Assembly (NCBI GenBank): GCA_019058015.1
Contig: JAHLWH010000104.1
Coordinates: 1 to 44,622 of the forward strand
Direction of reading: 5' to 3'
Origin: Promethearchaeota archaeon
GTDB lineage: Archaea; Asgardarchaeota; Lokiarchaeia; Sigyniarchaeales; SOKP01
Length of the DNA: 44,622 nt
Shown: piece by piece, positions 29,588 through 37,892 of the stretch
Numbering within the stretch: the first letter of the stretch is position 1
How the letters are laid out: every line of letters starts with the position of its first letter
Made by a program: the position numbers and the translations under genes
Notes under the pieces: generated by a model
Told to the model about the DNA's origin: nothing
Seen by the model: the letters and a program-made list of their open reading frames with translations, nothing else
Database searches by the model: none

Positions 29588-30301
29588 TTATATTCCCAAA
29601 TAAACCTTTTTTATTCGTGGTTCTCTTTCAAGTTCTTCTTTAGTACCTCTAATTTCGATTTTTCCTTCTTCAAGAACATAAATATTCTCGCTTACAGCCA
29701 TAGCTAATACTGCGTCTTGTTCAATTAATAAAGTGGTTGTACCTTCATGTTTTATTTTTTTAATAGCTTCGAAAATCTTTGTTTTTACTTTTGGAGCCAA
29801 TCCTAAAGAAGGTTCATCCATTAAAAGAAGCTTTGGATTAGCCATCAATGCGCGACCTATTGCAAGCATTTGTTGTTCTCCCCCACTGAGGGTTCCTGCT
29901 CGCTGTTTTTGACGTTCTTTAAGACGTGGGAATATTTCGAATATAAAATTTAGTAGTTCATGATATTTTTTCTTATCTTTAAGTGAATAAGCTCCCATTT
30001 CAAGGTTTTCAAGAACGGACATATCATAAAATAATCTTCGACGCTCTGGACAATGAGCTATACCCTTTCTAGCAATCTGATAAGCTTCCAACTCATCAAT
30101 CCTTTCACCCAGAAATATAACTTTCCCCCTATCAGGTTCCTCTAAACGGGATATTACTCGGAGCAGAGTTGATTTTCCTGCACCATTTGGCCCAATAACA
30201 GCATCTAATGATCCTTCTTCAACTGTTAAGTTAATTTCTTCAAGGGCTTTTGCTTTATCATAATAATGGTAAATTTTTCTCATCTCAAGCAAATACACCA
30301 C
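29588..30301 (-). CDS. livF: HAAT ABC transporter ATP-binding protein, LivF-like
   Basis: GPNGAGKST, LSGGEQQMLAIGRALM and MDEPSLGLAP motifs. Confidence 0.92.
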   Translation of the reverse strand: MVYLLEMRKIYHYYDKAKALEEINLTVEEGSLDAVIGPNGAGKSTLLRVISRLEEPDRGKVIFLGERIDELEAYQIARKGIAHCPERRRLFYDMSVLENLEMGAYSLKDKKKYHELLNFIFEIFPRLKERQKQRAGTLSGGEQQMLAIGRALMANPKLLLMDEPSLGLAPKVKTKIFEAIKKIKHEGTTTLLIEQDAVLAMAVSENIYVLEEGKIEIRGTKEELEREPRIKKVYLGI

Positions 30302-31025
30302 CTCTACCTAAATATGCTTCAAGTACAAGTTTATGATTGGCAACCTCCTGAGGGGGCCCATCAGTGATGACTTTGCCTTGATGCATAGCAATCACTCTTG
30401 GAACTAAATTCATTAATTCGCGTAATACATGCCCTGTAATAAAAATTGTAACACCTTCATTACTTAATCGTCTTATTAACGCATGTATATGTTCCTGTTC
30501 TTCATAAGAGAGACCACTGAATGGTTCATCAAGAAGAAGTATCTGGGGATTAGTACCTGCAGCTTTACCAATCTCAAGTCTTCTCAAATCACCGTGAGGT
30601 AATATAACTGGTGGGAACCTAGCTTTATCTATAAGTCCCACTTCGGAAAGAATTCTACTCGCATACTGATCAATTCCTACTTTCTCAGCAGCCTTCTTAC
30701 CTCTCGGTGAAAGACATGCAACAGAAACATTATCAAGCACTGACATATAATGAAATGATCTAACTAACTGAAATGTTCTCACAAGACCCAAATTTACAAT
30801 TTGGAAAGGTTTTAACCCAGTAATATCCATCCCATCAAATCTGATTGAGCCCGCGTTAGGTTTTTCAAATCCAGAAATTAAATTAAAAACAGTAGTTTTG
30901 CCAGCACCATTTGGACCAATAAGCCCTATAAATTCTCCTCGTTGTATTTCAAAACTGAAGTCGTTAACAGCTGTTAATCCACCAAACTTTTTTGTTAAAT
31001 TTTTAACTTCCAAAATTACTCCCAT
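30285..31025 (-). CDS. livG: HAAT ABC transporter ATP-binding protein, LivG-like
   Basis: FGGLTAV, GPNGAGKTT, RTFQ, LLDEP and EAYLG motifs. Confidence 0.92.
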   Translation of the reverse strand: MGVILEVKNLTKKFGGLTAVNDFSFEIQRGEFIGLIGPNGAGKTTVFNLISGFEKPNAGSIRFDGMDITGLKPFQIVNLGLVRTFQLVRSFHYMSVLDNVSVACLSPRGKKAAEKVGIDQYASRILSEVGLIDKARFPPVILPHGDLRRLEIGKAAGTNPQILLLDEPFSGLSYEEQEHIHALIRRLSNEGVTIFITGHVLRELMNLVPRVIAMHQGKVITDGPPQEVANHKLVLEAYLGRGGVFA

Positions 31026-31069
31026 TTTCTAAATCAACATTTTCTTTTTTTTTTATATATATATACCTT

Positions 31070-32194
31070 TTATCTTCCTAATAAGAAATCATAAAATTCT
31101 CTAAGATGTTCCAAGGCTGGCTTTAATATTCCTTGTTCAGCAAAACGGATCATAATTACTAAGATGATAGCAGAAATTAATGTTGGAAAAAACAGAAAAA
31201 CTGTACCCCACATTCCCAAAGGTTTAAATAATTCATTTAGTATAACCCAATAGACAAAAGCTCCCAAAACAGAACCAGATATTGTAGCGAGCCCACCTAA
31301 TGCTACCATAACAATTGCATAAAATGAGTAGAGAGCTAGAAAAACCGAAGGATTTACAGCTCTTGAATTCAACGAAAAAAGTGAGCCAGCAATCCCAGCA
31401 AAAAAACCACTAATCATAAATGCAATTAATTTATATTTCGTTGTATTGATACCTGAGGCATCCGCAGCTGATTCATCATCACGGATTGCTTTAAATATAG
31501 TTCCAATATTTGATTTAATAATAATGATTAAAATAACAAAAGAGATTATCATAATAATCAAAATGTAGAGGAAAGTTATAATAAGGTCTTCTGACATTGC
31601 GGGAAGTCCTGAGATTCCTTCTGTGCTTCCAAGAATGTCCTTTAATTCCCCCGACATAAATAAATTAAACAAAATTAAACTAAATGCCATGGTTCCTAAT
31701 GCTAAATATGGTCCTTTTAACCTAAGACAGGGAATGCCAACAATCAAACCAACTAATACAGCCACAACAGCCCCAATGATCATAGAAAAAAACCAAGGTA
31801 ATCCAGCCATTTTAACAAAAGCTGCTGCGACATAAGCCCCTACTCCGAAAAAAACGGAATGCCCAAAACTGGTCTGTCCCGTAAATCCCGCCAAGAGATC
31901 CCAACTGGCAGCAAAAATTGAAAAAATCAAGAAAGAAATTAAAATAGTTGTAATGTAATCATCCATAGTAATAAGTGGAATAAGAATCGTGCCAATTATA
32001 CATAATATAGTTAAGCTTCCTCTGAAAGTAAAAATCCACTCTTTAAAACTTTTTACTTGATGAGGAATTTCTTTATATAAATTTCTAGTCGCTCTTGGTA
32101 TCCCTAGAAAAAAATTTTTAGAACCCGATACAGCATCAGAAAGTTTCCTTCTAATTTTTTTAGGCAATTTTTTATTATACCTCCTTCTTTCCAA
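31070..32194 (-). CDS. livM: HAAT ABC transporter permease, LivM-like
   Basis: GFTGQTSFGH, LRLKGPYLAL and AIRDDE.AA.ASGI motifs; start uncertain (TTG). Confidence 0.9.
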   Translation of the reverse strand: MERRRYNKKLPKKIRRKLSDAVSGSKNFFLGIPRATRNLYKEIPHQVKSFKEWIFTFRGSLTILCIIGTILIPLITMDDYITTILISFLIFSIFAASWDLLAGFTGQTSFGHSVFFGVGAYVAAAFVKMAGLPWFFSMIIGAVVAVLVGLIVGIPCLRLKGPYLALGTMAFSLILFNLFMSGELKDILGSTEGISGLPAMSEDLIITFLYILIIMIISFVILIIIIKSNIGTIFKAIRDDESAADASGINTTKYKLIAFMISGFFAGIAGSLFSLNSRAVNPSVFLALYSFYAIVMVALGGLATISGSVLGAFVYWVILNELFKPLGMWGTVFLFFPTLISAIILVIMIRFAEQGILKPALEHLREFYDFLLGR

Positions 32195-33038
32195 GCAAAC
32201 CTTGAGGTCTAACTAAAAGCATAACTACGATAACTAAAAGTGGAAATACTGTAGCTAAAGTTGGACTAATAAAAACACTGCAAAACGTTTTTGCATACCC
32301 CATAATAAAGGCTCCAAGGACACATCCTGAGGTACTTCCCATACCTCCAAAAACAGTAACTGCAAAAGCGCTTAATAGAAAACCCCATCCCATATCAACT
32401 GTTATAGCAGAAGTGGGAGCATATAAAATTGCAGCCATACCTGCAAGAAGAGCAGAGATCATAATAGTTATCATAAGGATTCTATCTGCATTAATGCCCA
32501 TAAGCAACGCTGCTTCACGATCTTGGGAAACAGCACGAATTGATTTTCCTATCTTTGTTTTGCTAATAAATAATCCAATCAAAGATACAAGAATTAAAGA
32601 TCCAATTATTACAAAAATGAACTGAATTGGGAACGTAACTCCTAAAAACTCTATGCTACCGAAAATAAAAGGAGAAATATAATGTGGTTTTATTCCAGCT
32701 ATTACTTTTACAAACTCCTGCATGAAAACGGCAAATGCAAATGTAACAATCACAACTCCTATGTGAGAGCCTTGTAAAGGTTTTATCAGAGCTAGATAAA
32801 TAACACCTCCTACACTTATTGCAATAATTAATGAGAGTATTATACTAATTATAAGATTAATAAATAAAACCCTAGAGGTTATGTAAAATACATAACAAGT
32901 AATTAAATAAAATGCACCGTGTCCTAAATTCAAAACACCACCTACACCATAAACCAAAGAAAAACCTAAAGCAAGCAGTGCTAATACTGACCCTTGCACT
33001 GTTCCAAAAATTAATACATTCTCAATTTGAAATATCAT
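32175..33038 (-). CDS. livH: HAAT ABC transporter permease, LivH-like
   Basis: ALGFSLVYGV..VLNLGHG, GKSIRAVSQDREAALLMGI and VFGGMGS motifs. Confidence 0.92.
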   Translation of the reverse strand: MIFQIENVLIFGTVQGSVLALLALGFSLVYGVGGVLNLGHGAFYLITCYVFYITSRVLFINLIISIILSLIIAISVGGVIYLALIKPLQGSHIGVVIVTFAFAVFMQEFVKVIAGIKPHYISPFIFGSIEFLGVTFPIQFIFVIIGSLILVSLIGLFISKTKIGKSIRAVSQDREAALLMGINADRILMITIMISALLAGMAAILYAPTSAITVDMGWGFLLSAFAVTVFGGMGSTSGCVLGAFIMGYAKTFCSVFISPTLATVFPLLVIVVMLLVRPQGLLGKKEV

Positions 33039-33464
33039 ATCAATTCATGCTCATTTAATCGTTATTTATGGTAAAATTTGATATTATTTTTATTACTTTT
33101 TATTTAACTTAAAGCTTTAAAAACGTTTTCTTTTTCTGATTCAAGAATTTATTATAATTTATTGACATTATTTAGAAATTCTTTTACACACATTTGTTTA
33201 TTTTTCTTAATAACACTCTTTTTTTTCATAAGAATTATTTTAAATCGTTAAATAAATAATTTTAAGGATATCAAAAATAAGTGAAACAATAAATTGTAAT
33301 AGATAATAAAATTTCATTTCTTTTGAGATCAGCTAATTCTTTTTAATTTTTAAGCATAAATTCTGATTTTGAGATAGATAAATTAATAAAAATGGGTAAA
33401 AAGAATAGTTGATATTATTAATTTAAAAAAAAAAATAGAGTTAAATTTGTCTTTCTTGTTAAAT

Positions 33465-34850
33465 TTAATCGTTGATACCCCAAGATGGATATGTTATAGG
33501 TGCTGTTACAATAGAGTCTGGATAAAGAGCACCAGCAGTTGTTATGACCTCCTTTACTCCGCCCGCTTGCCATTGCACGAATAATCCGGTGCCATATGGC
33601 CAACCTGCCATTACATCATGAGATTCTGTAAATGCAAATTTGAGTGTCGACACTGAAGTTGTACTTGGATTTTCAGGAGTAATTGTCTCCAATTGAGCCA
33701 CAAGGTCATCAGAATCAATGGAATCACATGCTTCAATCACGTCTTTCATCATATATATGCTGTCATAGGAACCTACGGCGATATAAAGAGGTGATTCACC
33801 AAAATGATCTATCCAATTATCCCAAAACGCAATTGAAGTTGGTGTTTTATTGGTACGAGCTAATGTTTGCATTACTATTTCGTGTTCGCAACCGCCATTT
33901 GTATCAAACCAGTAAGAATCCAACTGTGCTTGAACATTAATACCAGCAATAAGACATTTTGCTTCAATTTGTGCATATTGAGTGGATAAAGTAATCCCTG
34001 TCGTTCCAGATATTATGGGAAGAACTACTTGAGCTCCAAGATCTTGAATACCTTGCCACATTGTGGCGTAATCTTCTGATGTAGCTGTGATTGAATAAGG
34101 TATATCATCCAAAATCTCCCAACCGAAATAAGGTAAGTAAGTCTTTAGAACGCCATCCATTGGAAGTGTCCAGTCAAGATCCTCTCTAACAATCACAACT
34201 TTATTAATTGGTTTACCTAATTCTGCCGTCATGATTCCACCAAGTACAGCAAAAAGAGTAATAATTTGTCCTCCTAAGATTGAGGAGTTAGTAGGCATCG
34301 TTCGGAACATATATTTATATGTGTCGTAGTCATCAATAACCTGTTGGCAGAAAATATCTGTAGATGCACCAGTATTAATAAAGAGAATTTTTTCATCCAT
34401 TACTATTTCTTGGTATGCTAATAACGACTCCGTTCTGAATCCACCAATGATAAAGTGGGGTTCATGTTGTGTCATCATTTTCGTTGCGGCAGTTGTTCCC
34501 TTGGTTATATCGAGCTGGGCGTCGGATTCAAAGGTATCCTCAGCTACAAGTCCAAAATAATACGTGTCAGTGCCGATTTTAAAGCCACCTTCTGTATTTA
34601 TCTCATCTGCTGCCAAATAACATCCATACCATGCACCTTCGCCTTGTATATCAGTTAATGAGCCCAGAACTCCGATTTTAATTATTCGATCACTCGCAAC
34701 ATCAGCTGGAGCTCCAGGAGTAACAAGAATACCCGTTTGTACTGCTCCATATTTAGGTGCCAAAAAAATTATTCCGAGTGGAATACCTACACCAGCGATA
34801 ATAGCAATTATAACAACGACAATAATTATATTTCTAGTTTTTGTTTCCAT
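33465..34850 (-). CDS. HAAT ABC transporter substrate-binding protein (LivK/PBP1-like), N-terminal membrane anchor
   Basis: N-terminal TM helix; IKIGVLG, A.DEIN..GG, IIGGFRTE and YMFR motifs; upstream of livHMGF. Confidence 0.88.
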   Translation of the reverse strand: METKTRNIIIVVVIIAIIAGVGIPLGIIFLAPKYGAVQTGILVTPGAPADVASDRIIKIGVLGSLTDIQGEGAWYGCYLAADEINTEGGFKIGTDTYYFGLVAEDTFESDAQLDITKGTTAATKMMTQHEPHFIIGGFRTESLLAYQEIVMDEKILFINTGASTDIFCQQVIDDYDTYKYMFRTMPTNSSILGGQIITLFAVLGGIMTAELGKPINKVVIVREDLDWTLPMDGVLKTYLPYFGWEILDDIPYSITATSEDYATMWQGIQDLGAQVVLPIISGTTGITLSTQYAQIEAKCLIAGINVQAQLDSYWFDTNGGCEHEIVMQTLARTNKTPTSIAFWDNWIDHFGESPLYIAVGSYDSIYMMKDVIEACDSIDSDDLVAQLETITPENPSTTSVSTLKFAFTESHDVMAGWPYGTGLFVQWQAGGVKEVITTAGALYPDSIVTAPITYPSWGIND

Positions 34851-35154
34851 ATTTCATATCACTTTTTTAAAAATTTTTTATTGTTATATCGATTTAATAT
34901 TCATTTTATCTCTATTTAAATATTATCACATTTTTATTAAAAAAACATATTTTTGTTTGAAATTCATCAACAAATTTTATCATTTATGAGGATATAAAAA
35001 TATTCAATCAAATTTTTGTAAAAATGCAGAGATATTTAGGAGATTGATCAATTTTATGATAGAAATCCCACTAAGTTCCCAATAATAATTTCCATTTGTT
35101 AGAAGCGAGATTTCCTAAAATTGAAGAAAATATAAAAAGAAAAATTTTAATAAA

Positions 35155-36432
35155 TTAATTATTAGATTCATTAATCAAATAGCCGATACAAATCTTTAGT
35201 GCATTTGTGAGTGCAATCTTATTTACTATTTCTATATTATCTGTGGGTTGATGATAGAAAGACAAAAATTTGCTGAAATCCATTGATGCAAAAGTTGCTG
35301 CCTTAATTTTAACTTTAGAAAATGCAGTTGCGTCAGTTCCCCCACTAATTTGTCCTATAAGTTTCTCTATAAAACCAGAACCAAATGGTTTAATATTAAG
35401 ATCAACCAGATCAGCGGATTTATTTATTTTTTGCACTACTTCTGGTGAATGTCTCGTTCTTGTTGTAGGTTCATATTCTATTATATAAAATTTTTCATCA
35501 CTCTGAATGCCGTCCATGTTTATTATTTCTGCATTTCTTTTTTTTAATTCTTCAAAATGACGTGCTACATAGCGATAAGCACCCCTTAAGCCAGCTTCCT
35601 CGCATCCAAATGAGATTAAACGAATTTCTGTGTTATTAGGAATAATTTGTTTATGAATTTTAAGATATTTTCCGAGACCTAATATAACAGCAACAGCACT
35701 AAGATTATCAATAGCTCCTGGTACTTTATTCGCTTTTTCGCCACTTGATACGAAAAGAAATAACCCAATAAAAGCAGGGATGCCAATTATAAAGAGAATA
35801 ACTGTAAAATTATAAAATAACGCATATTCCAAGTTAAAAAATATTATGATAAATATAATTATTGAAACTATTATCCATATAAACAATACACTCAATCCCA
35901 AAAAAATAATAATTACATACCCAAACTTTAAATATCGTAAAAGGTTAAATTGTAGAGCACTATCGAGGTGTCCTGAAAAAATAATAATTTTTTTAAATTC
36001 TCCTTTTGCTTTAATCTTTCCTACGACGTTTTGCGAATCCTTTTCTTTAAATAATTTATCTATAAACTCTCGATAATTAAAAAATTCGTTCCAAAGTATC
36101 AAGAATGCAAAGATATTAAGAATCACAGCGATAGTAATTACTAATATACGTGAGAGCAAATTTGGTGCAATAAATGGCATTAATAAAAAGTTTAAAATTG
36201 AGATGCTAATTAGTAAAATGTCAATCCTTATCCACCCCAAAAAAGCCCGTGGGTGACACTTAAATGGTTCAACATTAACTTCATCACAAGTCTTTTCAAG
36301 TTCTTTTTTAATATAATCGGCTGCTTGTGCTTCTGCAGGACTACATGGCATTCTTGGTCCAAATTTATCTATAATATCTTTTATAACATTATACATATAT
36401 TCGGAATCATCATTTGAAATTTCAACTTTCAT
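35155..36432 (-). CDS. Membrane-embedded M28-family metallopeptidase
   Basis: GPR.PCS, GHLDS, GAIDNLS, GCEEAGLRG, GGTDA and YHQPTD motifs; 4 TM helices. Confidence 0.9.
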   Translation of the reverse strand: MKVEISNDDSEYMYNVIKDIIDKFGPRMPCSPAEAQAADYIKKELEKTCDEVNVEPFKCHPRAFLGWIRIDILLISISILNFLLMPFIAPNLLSRILVITIAVILNIFAFLILWNEFFNYREFIDKLFKEKDSQNVVGKIKAKGEFKKIIIFSGHLDSALQFNLLRYLKFGYVIIIFLGLSVLFIWIIVSIIIFIIIFFNLEYALFYNFTVILFIIGIPAFIGLFLFVSSGEKANKVPGAIDNLSAVAVILGLGKYLKIHKQIIPNNTEIRLISFGCEEAGLRGAYRYVARHFEELKKRNAEIINMDGIQSDEKFYIIEYEPTTRTRHSPEVVQKINKSADLVDLNIKPFGSGFIEKLIGQISGGTDATAFSKVKIKAATFASMDFSKFLSFYHQPTDNIEIVNKIALTNALKICIGYLINESNN

Positions 36433-36486
36433 TATTATCGCAATAATTATGACTATTAAAAGATAATTAGATTTTCTTTAATAAAA

Positions 36487-36494
36487 GAGTTTAA
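36487..36494 (+). repeat. Left copy of 8-bp target-site duplication GAGTTTAA
   Basis: Immediately outside the left TIR; identical to 37853-37860. Confidence 0.85.
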
Positions 36495-36517
36495 GGTTAT
36501 TTTTAATTTCCCTTGTT
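36495..36517 (+). repeat. Terminal inverted repeat at the tnpB 3' side, GGTTATTTTTAATTTCCCTTGTT
   Basis: Reverse complement matches 37830-37852 at 21/23, including 18 contiguous bases. Confidence 0.87.
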
Positions 36518-36650
36518 TTTAATTAAAATTTAATTCTATTTAACTATTTTTGCTATATAGCAATAGAATATGGGTGTAACCCCACACCCTCTATCCCATC
36601 CGCAGAAACTGCATTTGGGACTACTTTTTTAATTATATTATACCCTGCAT
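36495..36650 (-). ncRNA. Putative TnpB omegaRNA (reRNA) scaffold region; boundaries approximate
   Basis: GC-rich hairpin on minus strand ATAGA-GGGTGT-ggggtt-ACACCC-atat-TCTAT (36563-36594) overlapping the tnpB 3' end, where omegaRNAs are normally encoded. Confidence 0.5.
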
Positions 36651-37740
36651 TCACATCAGCATTGATAAGAATTCCTTTTTTGCTCTTAAAAAGACCTCTG
36701 TTTACTCGCCTTCCCATATATTTTTTATGCCTTTTGATGGGTTCCTTATCCAAAAAACTGCATTTGGAAGTAAAAGACTCCCCATCGATAATAATATCAA
36801 TACCAAATAATTCTGATTTATATTTAATTTGACTTATTAATTTAAAAAAAGGTATTTGAACGAACTTCTGATTATTAATCCTTCCAATGTTCACTTTCTG
36901 CTTCCATGCTCTATTATAACTGATTATTATTGTTCCGAAATTGTTTTCAATACAATAATTGATAACTTCTCTTGAAATCTTATGAAATATATCGTTTATT
37001 TTGTTGTTACGTTTTGCTGTAATCTTTTGCAATCTGTTAGTCTCAGACTTAATTCCTTGTTTATCCTTAATTGATTTTAATTCTGCAATTCTTTTATTAT
37101 AGAATTGATTTACGGATTTCACAATACTGCCTTTAATAATAGTGGGTTTTAACCCAACATTATTTACAATAGTTACAATATTGCTTATTCCTAAATCAAT
37201 TCCTATAAACCTATCCTTATTTAAATTTAAATTATCTATTTCTTTCAAATATATAATCTCTAAATTATAAAATAATCCTTTAGGAATTATTCTTACTTGA
37301 TGTAATTGGTTTCTTATTCTAGTTTTAATTGGAGATAAATTTACTTTTTCAGGAAAATGTAGATAACCATTTTTAATCCTACATTGTTGATTCGTGAAAA
37401 TAATAATAAACTCACCATTTTTCTTCTTATATTTCGGGGGCTTAGGCCTCCCTTGATATTTTTTTGGATGTTCCTTCCATTCTTTTATGGAATTAAAGAA
37501 TGATTTCCAATTCTTATCTAATAATTTTAATATTTGCTGGGCTGTTTGTGATGGCAATTTTTTATACGGTTCTTTGTCTTTTAATATAAACTATAAATCG
37601 TAATATCTCAACCAATTACCCAGATAAAAAAATTCTTGTCTAACATAATAATTTGCTAGATTATATAAATTCTTAGACAAATAACATAAACAAGAAAAAT
37701 CCCCCCTCTTCTTCATCTGTATTTGTTCAGTAAGCCTCAT
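36553..37740 (-). pseudogene. tnpB: RNA-guided endonuclease TnpB, 395 codons, interrupted by in-frame TAG at codon 50
   Basis: Reading from ATG 37740 gives MRLTEQIQ...SKNLYNLANYYVRQEFFYLGNWLRYYDL*FILKDKEPYKKLPSQTAQQ, in frame with the called ORF; TAG at 37591-37593; GIDLG, ESFTSKCS and INADVNAGYNI motifs. Confidence 0.88.
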
Positions 37741-37767
37741 TAGTATAAAATATAATATTTTTTCGTC

Positions 37768-37775
37768 TTTATAAA
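37768..37775 (-). promoter_or_regulatory. Candidate TATA box (TTTATAAA) for a leaderless tnpB transcript
   Basis: 28-35 bp upstream of ATG 37740 and inside the element; the AT-rich background weakens the call. Confidence 0.35.
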
Positions 37776-37829
37776 TAAAAAGAGAGCATAGATTTATCTT
37801 AAAATATATTCAAAAAAAATTTAATGAAT

Positions 37830-37852
37830 AACAAGGGAAATTAAAAAATACC
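37830..37852 (-). repeat. Terminal inverted repeat at the tnpB 5' side, AACAAGGGAAATTAAAAAATACC on + strand
   Basis: Inverted partner of 36495-36517. Confidence 0.87.
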
Positions 37853-37860
37853 GAGTTTAA
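37853..37860 (+). repeat. Right copy of 8-bp target-site duplication GAGTTTAA
   Basis: Immediately outside the right TIR; identical to 36487-36494. Confidence 0.85.
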
Positions 37861-37892
37861 TAAAAAAAGAATTAAAATTGTTTTAGATTTCA

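Larger units (their letters stand above)
36495..37852. mobile_element. 1,358-bp non-autonomous TIR/TSD-bounded element carrying only tnpB
   Basis: 23-bp inverted ends (21/23) and exact flanking 8-bp direct repeat; no transposase inside. Confidence 0.85.

Noticed and set aside
37591-37593. Genome-wide TAG recoding (pyrrolysine or alternative code)
   Set aside because: TAG ends several full-length genes here (tauE at 4838, SCP2 at 15665, CCG protein at 16259, ALDH at 37893 and tnpB itself), and no pyl genes are in the window.
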